Below are positions 22,858-32,500 of a stretch of DNA of 37,679 bases, piece by piece. Made by a program: the position numbers and the translations under genes. A model generated the notes under the pieces. The model saw only the letters and a list, made by a program, of their open reading frames with translations, did not search any database and was not told where the DNA came from. The DNA comes from a virus (Duplodnaviria > Caudoviricetes). The stretch covers positions 1 through 37,679 of IMG/VR virus record IMGVR_UViG_3300012940_000054; one strand, given 5' to 3'. Positions within the stretch are counted from its first letter, which is position 1. Each line of letters begins with the position of its first letter.

Positions 22858-23294
22858 GGCTCATCCTCGAAAAGAACGAGATCATTCGGATCCTGGGTAA
22901 GCACTTTGACGCGGAACTGGACCCCGATAGGGTCATCATCAGAACCGATCCGTTCGAAGTCGAGTTGTCAGGCATTCCTCTCGCCGAGGGGGAGCCTGCC
23001 CAGGAAGAGCCCCGTGCTTCGCCAAAGCCGGCGCCCGCCCTGCGAGAGGGGGACGTGGAAACGGGCTGGGAGGTCGCCGCCCGTGCCGACGCCAACGCCT
23101 TCGCCGAGGACCCCGAGCCCGGCGTCGACGGAGAGAGTGGTGACGACCTCGCCTTCAATCCGGCGGCAGTGCTCGGCCTGTCGCAGCAGCTCATGGAAGA
23201 CTTGGACAAGAAGAACCCCAACCTCGTGAAGTCGCGCGGAAAGGCGGACGGGTCAACTCGTCTGCCCGGCGACTTCCGTGACGAGATCGGATGA
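22854..23294 (+). CDS. Hypothetical acidic protein
   Basis: ATGA coupling at both ends (MRLILEKN...). Confidence 0.65.
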   Translation: MRLILEKNEIIRILGKHFDAELDPDRVIIRTDPFEVELSGIPLAEGEPAQEEPRASPKPAPALREGDVETGWEVAARADANAFAEDPEPGVDGESGDDLAFNPAAVLGLSQQLMEDLDKKNPNLVKSRGKADGSTRLPGDFRDEIG

Positions 23295-24190
23295 TCACCA
23301 TGGAGTCTCAGGATCAGGAGCAGGTCAAGGAGTCCCGTACAGACCGACTCCTTCGGCGGCTGGGTCTCACGGCGGATTTCAAAGATCCGCTTCTCCCGAA
23401 GGAGACGTTCAGTCACTCGCAGTACTTCTCGTGGCTGGTGTGCGGCGCCGCATACGAGAAGAAATACGTCGAGGGGGTGGAGACGCCCAACTACCCGTCG
23501 ACGACGAAGGGAACGGCGGTGCACGCGGGCGCCGAGTTTATGCTCCGCGGCAAAATGGACGGCGACGTGCCCTCCATCGAGCAAGGTATCGCGGCGCTCG
23601 AGGCCAGCTTCGCCGAAAAGGCTCAGAAGGTCCTCAAATGGGAAGAGGACATGCCTGAGGGCAAGGTGAAGGACGAGGCGATTGCGGTCTTCAAGACCTT
23701 CGCCACCCAAGCGCTGCCGCTGATCAACCCGATCGCGGTTGAGAAGGGGTTCGCCAAGAAGGTCGGTGACGTCCCTATGATCGGGTACATCGACCTCGTC
23801 GACGAACAGCCTGCCATGGACACGACCGGGATGGACGAAGTAGAGGTCCTGCTCGCGCCCAAGAAGCGTATCACTGTGGACTTCAAGACTGGCCGTGCGA
23901 AGTGGTCGGACAATGAACTCCGGACGGATACGCAGATGACTCTCTACTCGGACGTAGAGGGCACGCCCGACGTTCGCGTCGACCAGCTCATCTCGCTCAA
24001 GAAGGGCCCCGTGTACATTCGCGGGGAGAGTGTCCGCACCCCCGAGGATGTTGCAATCCTCACCGAGCACATCAACGAGGTTGCGGGCCTCATCAAAAAG
24101 GGTGTATTCCCGAAGGCTCCAATCGATCATTGGTCGTGTAACGAGAAACACTGCTCCTACTGGAGCATGTGTAGAGGGAAGAAGAGGTAG
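23291..24190 (+). CDS. PD-(D/E)XK nuclease, Cas4/RecB/AddB-like
   Basis: SHSQ...C, GTAVH, GYIDLVD, VDFKTG, Q..LY, and C-terminal C-x4-C-x5-C. Confidence 0.8.
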   Translation: MITMESQDQEQVKESRTDRLLRRLGLTADFKDPLLPKETFSHSQYFSWLVCGAAYEKKYVEGVETPNYPSTTKGTAVHAGAEFMLRGKMDGDVPSIEQGIAALEASFAEKAQKVLKWEEDMPEGKVKDEAIAVFKTFATQALPLINPIAVEKGFAKKVGDVPMIGYIDLVDEQPAMDTTGMDEVEVLLAPKKRITVDFKTGRAKWSDNELRTDTQMTLYSDVEGTPDVRVDQLISLKKGPVYIRGESVRTPEDVAILTEHINEVAGLIKKGVFPKAPIDHWSCNEKHCSYWSMCRGKKR

Positions 24191-24192
24191 TC

Positions 24193-24570
24193 ATGAGCTT
24201 CAGTCACACCGTCACCTGTTCGCGCTGCAACCGCTCCGAAAACCGCTCGGTCAAGGACCCGGCCGAGATCCTCGCCATCGCCCAGAACCAGCAGGCGAAG
24301 AACGAGGTCAGGGCCAAGATCCGGGAGTTCTTCGAGAGCCTTCCGCGGGAGCACCTGCCCGCCCACGTCACCGTCCACGGCCAGGGGTCGGCCATCGTCA
24401 TCCATGACGAACTCTGCACAGGCGAGAACGCCAAGCGCTCGTGCGCCAAGCGCGTCGGTGACCTGACCGACGCCATCAACGAGCTCGAGGAGCGGAAGGC
24501 TCCGGCCCGCAAGGCCAAGACGACGTCCGAAGCCGCGTCGGAGGATGTTCTCGAGCCTGAGAACACCTAA
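24193..24570 (+). CDS. Hypothetical protein, possible Zn-binding
   Basis: GAGG RBS; CSRC near the N-terminus and a distal Cys pair. Confidence 0.65.
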   Translation: MSFSHTVTCSRCNRSENRSVKDPAEILAIAQNQQAKNEVRAKIREFFESLPREHLPAHVTVHGQGSAIVIHDELCTGENAKRSCAKRVGDLTDAINELEERKAPARKAKTTSEAASEDVLEPENT

Positions 24571-24599
24571 GTCCTCGCGGTAGGGCACAGGAGGCACCT

Positions 24600-24758
24600 A
24601 TGGAAAAGTACGGTGTTGAGCAGGAGATCGACGTGAAGACCGCGCAGGATGCACAGGGGAAGAAGAAGTGCCCTTCGTGCTGTTCTGTTCTACGGCCGTC
24701 GGAACACACGGGTGTACTCCTGTGCCCCACCTGCGGGTCCAAGCCTTTCGAGAGGTGA
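24600..24758 (+). CDS. 52 aa Zn-ribbon protein (not in the ORF track)
   Basis: AGGAGG RBS; MEKYGVEQEIDVKTAQDAQGKKKCPSCCSVLRPSEHTGVLLCPTCGSKPFER. Confidence 0.7.
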   Translation: MEKYGVEQEIDVKTAQDAQGKKKCPSCCSVLRPSEHTGVLLCPTCGSKPFER

Positions 24759-24761
24759 GCG

Positions 24762-25016
24762 ATGCCGCGTAGTTCTGCGCAGGAGGAGCTTGCTCGCCTA
24801 AGGCGAGCGTACGAGTCACAAAAGCATCTGCTCGAGAAGCTGCATAAGATCCGTGCGCTCTTCGTAACGGCCTATTCCTCCACACAGCCTGCGGAGAAGA
24901 TGGGCCTCGAATTCATGTACGCGGTGGGGGACGTCCTCGAAGGACAGCGGGTCGAAGATCTAAACCTTCGCCTGATCAGCCGAGAGGAGGTCCTCCGGGA
25001 GCTGAGTGATGGCTGA
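24762..25016 (+). CDS. Hypothetical protein
   Basis: GAGGT RBS; operon packing. Confidence 0.6.
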   Translation: MPRSSAQEELARLRRAYESQKHLLEKLHKIRALFVTAYSSTQPAEKMGLEFMYAVGDVLEGQRVEDLNLRLISREEVLRELSDG

Positions 25017-25335
25017 GTCGAATTCGAAGAGTGTGAAGAAGAAGACAGCGCGTCCGTTCATTACCCCGCAACACGTGCGCGACTTCGTCCCGCTGGTTGA
25101 CGCGGGGCTCGCAGCCCTGTCAATGGTGAGCCGAAAAGCACGCCCGGTGGCGTCGGCCCTCCGCGTCGTAACCAACGTGGGGGCTACCGCACTCCCTGAC
25201 GATCTTCTTCAAAAGATCAAGAACATCCGCACGCGTATCAAGGAACTTGAGGAGGACCCGAAGGGTAACTCCCGAGCACTTCGACAGGCGCGCTCAGCCT
25301 TGGAAGCACATCTCGACATGCTGCTCGGCGAATGA
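25009..25335 (+). CDS. Hypothetical protein
   Basis: GGGAG RBS; overlaps the previous stop; helical C-terminus. Confidence 0.6.
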   Translation: MAESNSKSVKKKTARPFITPQHVRDFVPLVDAGLAALSMVSRKARPVASALRVVTNVGATALPDDLLQKIKNIRTRIKELEEDPKGNSRALRQARSALEAHLDMLLGE

Positions 25336-25379
25336 TCAACAACCGCCTGTGACGACACAGGCACAAAAAGGGGTAGCCA

Positions 25380-26375
25380 GTGGTCAGTAATACGGAAATG
25401 TCCGCCGTGGGTGAGGCCACGTCGGACGAAACGGAAACGAATCACATCCGCGTGGGCGGAAAGCCGTCCAAGTCGAAGAGTTCGCGAGCACACCACAGCG
25501 ACACGCTCGAGGCGCAGAAGAAGTCTCTCGAGATGCCGATCAAGAACCTGCGTCTCCCCCAAAACGAAAACGTTCGTTCGGGCCCGCTCCCCGGTCTCAC
25601 CGAGCTCGCGTCCAGCATCAAGAGGGAAGGGATCCTCGAGCCCCTTCTCGCAGCTCCCGCGCGTGACGAGTCTGGCAAGACGATCCCTGACACGTACGAC
25701 CTCATCGCGGGGTACCGCCGCTACTACGCCGCGAAGAGTCTGGGGATGAAGACCGTCCCCGTCCGTCTGCTCGACGCGGACCGTGACCGCAAGCATCGGA
25801 TCGCTATCATCGAGAACCTCCAGCGGGAGGACATGAACCCGCTGGACAAGGCGCGCGGCATCCTGAAGCTGATGGACCAGGAAAAGATCGACCAGAAGGA
25901 GGCCGCAGCAGCAATCGGTGTCTCTCCGGGGTTCGTCTCGCAGCATCTTGCGCTGCTTCGGCTTCCGCGCCCGGTCCAGGATGCGGTCGCTAAGGGTAGG
26001 ATCGAGCTCACGCACGCGCGTACGCTCGGCCGTCTCCCTGAGGAGCAGATGCTCGAGGAGTTGCCGGCCGCCGTGGACATGACGGTGACTGAGCTCACCA
26101 ACCGCGTCGAGTACCTCCTTCAGCGCAACGCAGAAAAGGAGGTCGCGCAGGGTGAGGAGAAGCCGCGCCGCCCGCGCACGCCGTCCTCCGGGAAGAGCCT
26201 GGCGGAGGTATATGCCGAAACGGAGCTCGCCCCTCTGAAGAAGAACAGCCTCCGCGATACGCTCGTACTTTACGCGGACAAGCTCCAACGGTCGGAGTCC
26301 GAGAACAAGAGGACGGAGTACAAGTACATCCTCAAGGGTCTCGAGATCGCTGCGGGCATCAAGGAAGCGAAGTAG
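25380..26375 (+). CDS. parB: ParB/Spo0J/KorB-family DNA-binding protein
   Basis: LASSIKREGILEPL, IAGYRRYYAA (GxRR patch), ENLQREDMNP, and HTH QKEAAAAIGVSPGFVSQHL. Exact start uncertain. Confidence 0.85.
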   Translation: MVSNTEMSAVGEATSDETETNHIRVGGKPSKSKSSRAHHSDTLEAQKKSLEMPIKNLRLPQNENVRSGPLPGLTELASSIKREGILEPLLAAPARDESGKTIPDTYDLIAGYRRYYAAKSLGMKTVPVRLLDADRDRKHRIAIIENLQREDMNPLDKARGILKLMDQEKIDQKEAAAAIGVSPGFVSQHLALLRLPRPVQDAVAKGRIELTHARTLGRLPEEQMLEELPAAVDMTVTELTNRVEYLLQRNAEKEVAQGEEKPRRPRTPSSGKSLAEVYAETELAPLKKNSLRDTLVLYADKLQRSESENKRTEYKYILKGLEIAAGIKEAK

Positions 26376-26384
26376 CTGCGAAAC

Positions 26385-26420
26385 AGCGCCGGTCCTGCGA
26401 ATCGGGGCCGGCGCTTTTTT
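26385..26420 (+). terminator. Rho-independent terminator
   Basis: AGCGCCGGTCCTG-cgaat-CGGGGCCGGCGCT-TTTTT. Confidence 0.8.
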
Positions 26421-26457
26421 GGTTTTACGCAGTAAATACGCCCGCCCTAGCTTACGG

Positions 26458-27297
26458 CTACTCCGTGAAGAGATCGTCTGTCAACCGTACACGCTTGGCT
26501 TCGAGGTAGCTCTTCAACTGATCGAGGCAGTCCTTCTTGATCTGTCTGACTCGTTCTGAAGACAAATCCAGCCTGTTTGAGATCTGCCTGAGGTTCTTCG
26601 GCTCGTCACGCATGCCGAAGTAAGCCAGTACGATGTATTTATCACGGCCTCTAAAGCCCAGGTCGATTAGGGCTTGCTGCACGAGGTCGCTGCCGTACGT
26701 ATTGAGGAGGTCTCGCTCGAGACGCTCGTCTCTGTGCTTAGAGTCGATCTCGCTGACCTCTTCGAGCGTGACGTGGGGAGGTTCCACGTCACTCCCGTCG
26801 TTCATTTTCCGTTTCGCGCGCAGTGCTTTTTGTTTGTAGGTAGGTACGCGAACTAAGCCCATGCTGTCCAGCTCAGCGCAGATCTTCTCGCGGATCCACC
26901 ACGCAGCATACGTCAAGAAACGGGTGCCTCGCTCCGTTTCAAACCTATCGACGGTGTCTAGAAGGCCGAGGTTACCCGCAGAGATCAGCTGCAAGAGTAA
27001 GTCAGGGTCGTAGTTGACCCCTTTCGCCTTGCGCGCGTAAACCTTCGCCACCTTGATCACAAAGCGTAGAGCTCCTTCAATGATGAGCTCGCGTGCGCGC
27101 ATGTTGCGTCGAGTGCCGCAGCGCGGGCACTGCACGCATGTAGCGTCCTCCTGAAAGCCGTACTGGCAATTGGTACAAGTACGGTACTGACGGAAGAGCT
27201 CACGCTCCCGGTCAGCTGAAAGGAGGTTGCTGTTCCGTACGTCGGCGTAATACGCCTCGACGACACGGTCCCGATCCACGGAACCACTCGTACTCAT
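26458..27297 (-). CDS. Sigma70-family sigma factor with a Zn-ribbon insertion
   Basis: Region 1.2 YYADVRNSNLLSADRE; region 2 LRFVIKVAK...GNLGL..VDRF...RFLTYAAWWIR; region 4 LRQIS..LDLSSERVRQI. Confidence 0.85.
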   Translation of the reverse strand: MSTSGSVDRDRVVEAYYADVRNSNLLSADRERELFRQYRTCTNCQYGFQEDATCVQCPRCGTRRNMRARELIIEGALRFVIKVAKVYARKAKGVNYDPDLLLQLISAGNLGLLDTVDRFETERGTRFLTYAAWWIREKICAELDSMGLVRVPTYKQKALRAKRKMNDGSDVEPPHVTLEEVSEIDSKHRDERLERDLLNTYGSDLVQQALIDLGFRGRDKYIVLAYFGMRDEPKNLRQISNRLDLSSERVRQIKKDCLDQLKSYLEAKRVRLTDDLFTE

Positions 27298-27406
27298 TCC
27301 CAATTCTCCAGGGGGCGTCCCCTAAGCCGCTGGCGCGGAGTATACACTTGCCCCCGGACAGGCGGAAAGTGTAGCCTCACTCCCAGCTACTCGAGGAATC
27401 ACCATC

Positions 27407-28576
27407 ATGGCCAAGAAGTCCCGTAGCACCGCCGAAGCCCTTCCGACCCCTTCGGCTCCGGCCGAAGAGGCCGCAGCAAACGAATCTACCGAATCTACCG
27501 AATCCACCGAATCCACCGAGACCAAGATGACCCAGGACACCTCCGTCAACACCACCCCCGTCGCTGAGGACGTGGCGCTTGTGACTGCTTCGCAGGAGAC
27601 CGCTCTCGCGGCCCCGCAGAGCGCGCTGTCACTGGCCCGTGAGCTCGCGAGTCGGCTCCCGGCGCGTTACAGGGAAGACGTGCTCTTCCTCAAGCGCCCG
27701 TCGTCGGAAGACCTCTTCAACACCGTCATGGGCCTGCCGGCCGACTGGCAGGAGCGGATGATGGAGATCGTCCGGAAGACGAACCCCAAGAAGCAGGGTG
27801 CACACACCCAGCGCGCCGGGTTTTCGCCGATCGAGCTCCGCCTCTACCAGGGGACGGGTACGGACCCGGTTCGCCCGGCGAAGATGGCCCCGGGCGGATT
27901 CTACACCGCCGACTCCCGCGAACTCGGTGATAAGTTCGTGGGCGCCGTGATCGGCTACTACGAGGGGCGCATCCTCTGGCCTCCTCGTGACCAGAAGACC
28001 AACACCGGCGGAGAAGGCGGCAGCAGCAAGATGCCGCTCTGCGTCTCGCTGGACCGTATGGAGGGGTCGAAGTATGGCGCGTGTGCCAGCTGCCCCATGG
28101 CCTCGAAGCCTTACAACCAGGGCGGCTGCAACCGCGAAGTCGTGGTGTGGCTGATCGACCAGGAGATGACGGGTGTTTACGAGCTCCGCTTCTCCAAGTC
28201 GTCCGAGGCGGCGGGTAATGCGCTGACCAAGATCCTTCAGAAGAGCGAGAACCTGTGGGACCGCTGGTTCACCTTCGAGACGCAGGAGCGCACGGAGAAG
28301 GATCGGCGCTGGTTCGTCGTGAAGGTCACCCCGGTCTCCGACCCCAAGAAGCCGGAGCTCAACAACACGCCCAAGGCGGTCCATCCGCTCTTCGAGTCCC
28401 TCTCGAAGGTGCTCGACGCCGATGTGTACTACCCGCGTCTCGCCGACACCTACGACCGGTCGAAGAACAGCAGCGACTCGAGTGTGAACGGTGGCGGGGT
28501 TGCTGCGGCCGACACCTTCAACGAGCAGGAACTCCTCGGGAACGGTGCTGGCACGGGTGACGACATCGACCTCTGA
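27407..28576 (+). CDS. Putative ssDNA-binding/recombination protein
   Basis: C-x-S-x-D...CASCP...C motif, acidic tail ending DDIDL, replication-gene context; function is inferred. Confidence 0.5.
   Translation: MAKKSRSTAEALPTPSAPAEEAAANESTESTESTESTETKMTQDTSVNTTPVAEDVALVTASQETALAAPQSALSLARELASRLPARYREDVLFLKRPSSEDLFNTVMGLPADWQERMMEIVRKTNPKKQGAHTQRAGFSPIELRLYQGTGTDPVRPAKMAPGGFYTADSRELGDKFVGAVIGYYEGRILWPPRDQKTNTGGEGGSSKMPLCVSLDRMEGSKYGACASCPMASKPYNQGGCNREVVVWLIDQEMTGVYELRFSKSSEAAGNALTKILQKSENLWDRWFTFETQERTEKDRRWFVVKVTPVSDPKKPELNNTPKAVHPLFESLSKVLDADVYYPRLADTYDRSKNSSDSSVNGGGVAAADTFNEQELLGNGAGTGDDIDL
27482..27517 (+). repeat. 9 bp tandem repeat x4 encoding (EST)4
   Basis: GAATCTACC GAATCTACC GAATCCACC GAATCCACC. 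Confidence 0.9.
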
Positions 28577-28654
28577 ACAAGGGGCCGCAGCTGAGTGAGC
28601 AAATGCAGGGGCTCCGCTCGTAAAGGGTGGGGCCCCTGCCGTCGAGGGGTCACA

Positions 28655-29515
28655 ATGGAGATTCCGCAGCATCTCATCGATTACGGCCCGTGGTCGATCA
28701 GCAAAGCTGGCATGATCGAAAAGTGTAGCCAGCAGTTCTTCTACAAGCACGTCAACAAGTACAAAGAGCTGGTCACCTTCGAAGAAAGCCGCGTTGGTGT
28801 TGCGGTCCACAAGGCACTCGAGTTCACGCTCGACCCCAACTTCCTTAGCAAGGACTCCCACGACGTTCGCGTGAAGAAGGCGTTTGTCTTCGTAAAAGAT
28901 CAGTCGGAACTCACGAGCGACGAAGAAGAGCAGCTCGACACATTTTTCGATCAGGTGACCCGCTTTACCAAGCGTATGTACGCCAACCACGTGCGCCAGC
29001 GGGTACACCCGAGCAATGTGATGATCGAAAAGAAGTTGGGCGTCACTAAGAACTTCACGCGAGCAGGGTTCTACGAAGACCGTGTCATAAAGCTGAGAGA
29101 CGACCCCGAAACGCAGCCGTTGTTTCGAGGTGTGATCGATTACGCCTACATCACCGGCGATAACGACATGGTGATCATTGATCACAAGTCGGGACGCGAG
29201 CGCGAGCTTTCATACTACTCGACACAGTTCAAGGCGTACTGTGTCCTGGGCCTGGTGAACTTCCCTCAGATTCGCCGATTCAAGACTGCGATCAACTTCA
29301 CCGCCACAGACAAACTCCTTCCAAATGAGATAATCTCTGCGGAAATGGTGCGGAGTGAGTACTTCCCGTGGTTGGTGGAGTATCTGACCAAGTCGTGCGA
29401 GGGCCTGCTCATGCCGCCAAAGACCACACGTAGTGGCCTGTGTAATTGGTGCGCGTACAAGCCTATCTGCCCTGAATTCGGTGGGACGGGACGTGTCGAC
29501 ACCGAAAGCAACTAA
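28655..29515 (+). CDS. Second PD-(D/E)XK nuclease, Cas4/RecB-like
   Basis: WSISK...C, GVAVH, GVIDY, IDHKSG, Q..AY, CNWCAYKPIC; ATG 28655 after GAGGGG. Confidence 0.8.
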   Translation: MEIPQHLIDYGPWSISKAGMIEKCSQQFFYKHVNKYKELVTFEESRVGVAVHKALEFTLDPNFLSKDSHDVRVKKAFVFVKDQSELTSDEEEQLDTFFDQVTRFTKRMYANHVRQRVHPSNVMIEKKLGVTKNFTRAGFYEDRVIKLRDDPETQPLFRGVIDYAYITGDNDMVIIDHKSGRERELSYYSTQFKAYCVLGLVNFPQIRRFKTAINFTATDKLLPNEIISAEMVRSEYFPWLVEYLTKSCEGLLMPPKTTRSGLCNWCAYKPICPEFGGTGRVDTESN

Positions 29516-32500
29516 GCCGGCAGCGCCGGCCAAGATCACCGAGAAGCAGCTTCGCCGGATCTGGAGCGAGCTCAAGCCGCAGGTGCTCGTTGAGCGCCTC
29601 CGGTCACAGCAGCCGTCTGCTCGCTGGACGGCTTCAGGCTCCCGCCTTTCGGCCTGCTGCCCGTACCATGAAGAGCGCACGCCATCGTTCCACGTATACT
29701 TGGATCGAGGCTACGCCAAGTGTTACGGCTGCGAGAAGTTCCTCACCAACCCGGTCGAGCTCTGGGCGAAGGTGCGCGGCACCGGAGTGTCCGAAGCGCT
29801 CGCAGATCTTCGTCAGCAGTTCGGGCTGAAGTTCCTGTCGAGTGCTGCGAACGCGCAGCTCAAGAACTGGGAACGCAATCAGCAGCTGAAGAAGAAGATC
29901 ATGGCTATCTGCCATGACGAGTTGATCAATGCGATTAGCCATCCGAACGACCCCGCCTACGCCTCCGCACAGCCCTCAGTCAAGTACCTGCTGAACACGC
30001 GGCAGGTGCCCGTTGACGCCCTGCCCGCCTTGCCGATGCTCGGCATCGTGCCCCCTCTCGCGCGCCTGACCCAAATCCTCGCCAACGAGGCCGCGGAAGA
30101 GAACACGCGCCGTGAGGTGGACGCGCGCCTCAATGGAGAGCGGGTGGAGCGGTTCACTCCGATGGATGCCGAGGCCAAGGCGTACATGCAGGAGGCGGCG
30201 GGGTGGGTAGGGTCGCTCATTTTTCGCCTCGACCTGGCCCCCGACGTGATCGGACGCCTGAAGCTGCGGCGACCGGACACCAAGGACTTCCTCATCCTCA
30301 AAGACCCGTACGAGGAGGAGCTCGGGTTCTTCGGCCTCAGCTGGCCACTGTACGGAACGCTGCTCGGGTCAGTGCAGCAGTACGTCCCGGGGCTCTACAT
30401 CGTCGAGGGTGAGTTCGACGCGCTGTCGACGATGGCCCGGCAGGTGCAGGCGGGGGGTCCGAACTTCGTCGTCGTCTCCGCGGGCGGGCGTGGTACGAGC
30501 AACAACCTCGACAGCCTGCGGGGTAGTGGCTTCGAAGAAGCGTACCTCGTCGGCGACGCGCCCGATAAGCGCGGTGACGAGCTGATCGCTGACTGGCTCG
30601 CTTGCTTGAAGGAACTCCGCTCGAAGATATTCATCGGGCACACTACATTCCCCGGCTGCGGTGACCCTGACGAGGCGGTAGTCAGTCACGGCCTGTCCGC
30701 GTACCAGGCGGTCCTCCTCGACATCCGGAACAAGGCGTACTTTCAGACGCCCCAGGAGTGGGTGTACGACAAGGCGAGTCCGGAGATCGAGGCTACAGAC
30801 GAGAGCGATATTCGCTACCGCATGGAGATCGCCAGCGAATGGGGGCGGCTGCTCAAAAACAACGTTGAGTGTGACGCGTACGTCGAATTCTGCCACAAGG
30901 CGTACGGGCTCCCGACCGCACTCCTGAAGCGCGAAATTGTGGCACGCGAAGAAGATGAGCCTGCGTTCATCCTTCGAGTTGCCAGCGCCCTCCAGCAGAT
31001 CTTCTACGTTATCGGTCAGCGATCCCTCGACAACGACCGACGCTTGTTCCTCTGGTACAAGGATCGGCGTCAAGTCGTACAGGTATCCCTCGCTGATGAC
31101 GGTAGCTGCGAGCGCGAACTAGGCGCCGTACTAGGTACGAACTATCAGCTATTCCAGGAGCGCATCGGCGTCCCGGCCTTCCTTGAGCCTACGGAGAGTC
31201 AGAAGGCCAAGGGCGCGTACCTTCAGGAGCTCGACAAGAAGTACCGTTGGTACCTCCGCCAAGCTTTGATCATTATGGCCAACGGAGCGCCTGACTTCGA
31301 CATGGCTCGACACATGGGTCAGGGCGTACACGTCGTCCGTGATCCGCAGGGCGGGTCGCCTACGATTTACGTCGTAAACGGGAAGGACGTGTACTACGGT
31401 ACGTTCGACGCCGCCGATAAGCTCTTGTGGAAGAAGCTAGACGGCCCCTCCTATAATGGGATCATCTTCGACGTCGGCATCCGCCATGAAGAGCCTGCGT
31501 GGCTCGAGTGGATTCACTCGGTGGAGGATCTTGAGCGTGCCTCGTCGATCGACCTGAACCACGCCTGGCAGCGGCTCTACAACGTCGTTGAATCAGGGTG
31601 GCGGTACAAGAACCACGCGATTTCTTCGCAGTTCCTGGCCACCCACCTCCTGGCCTCGAACCTCTGTAACGCCTTCCGCAGGCAGGTGATGGTCGCCTTC
31701 CACGCCGATACGCGAGCAGGCAAGTCGAAGATGGTCATGGGCCTCATCGGCGGCACCCAGTTCCCGCGCATCAAGCTCATCGCCGGTGCGGTGGGTATGC
31801 CTGACTTCACCGCGGCCGGTATCCGCCAGCGGATGCAGAACAAGGTGCGCCCGCTCTGCCTTGACGAGTTCGAGGACGAGGGCACCGGTGATAAGAAGAG
31901 TCGGACCATCACCGAGACACTCGAGATGTTTCGCAACCTAGTGGGCGAGGACAACACATACACGATGGGTTCGCGCAGTGGTGAGCCCGTCACCTGGCGC
32001 ATGAACTTCTTCGTGTTCTTCGCCGCGATCAACAAAGCGCGTAAGGTTCAGGACGCCAACCGCATGCTAACTGTCTACATGGAGCGTGTGGACAATCGTC
32101 CGGATCCTGTTCAGATCTTGATGCGCGAGTTCGGCTCCAACTACATGGAGCAGCTGAAGCGCGACCTGTCTATCGTACTGCTCCCGCACGCAGCACGCAT
32201 ACACCGCGTCTACGAAGAGATCGAAAAGGAGTACGGCGAGGCAAACGCGAAGCCGTCGTCGGTCGACTCTCGTATCTTCGAGGCGCTATACCCGACGCTC
32301 ACGCTGATGAAGATGATGGGCATGGATTACCACAAGTTCGTCGAGGACTTCTGTGAGGCGAACAAGGAGATATTGACCGTCAGCGCGGGGCACACAGACT
32401 CGATGGCACTGTTCGACTGGTTGGTCCAGAGCCCTCAGCTGAAGATGCGCGTTGGCGACCATCAGGATAGAAATGACGCCAGCGTGTTGCAGATGCTGGC

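Noticed and set aside
27339-27377. Overlapping divergent promoters between the sigma and SSB-like genes (TTGCCC-18-TAGCCT on plus; TATACT on minus)
   Set aside because: Plausible, but the matches are too weak to call from sequence alone.
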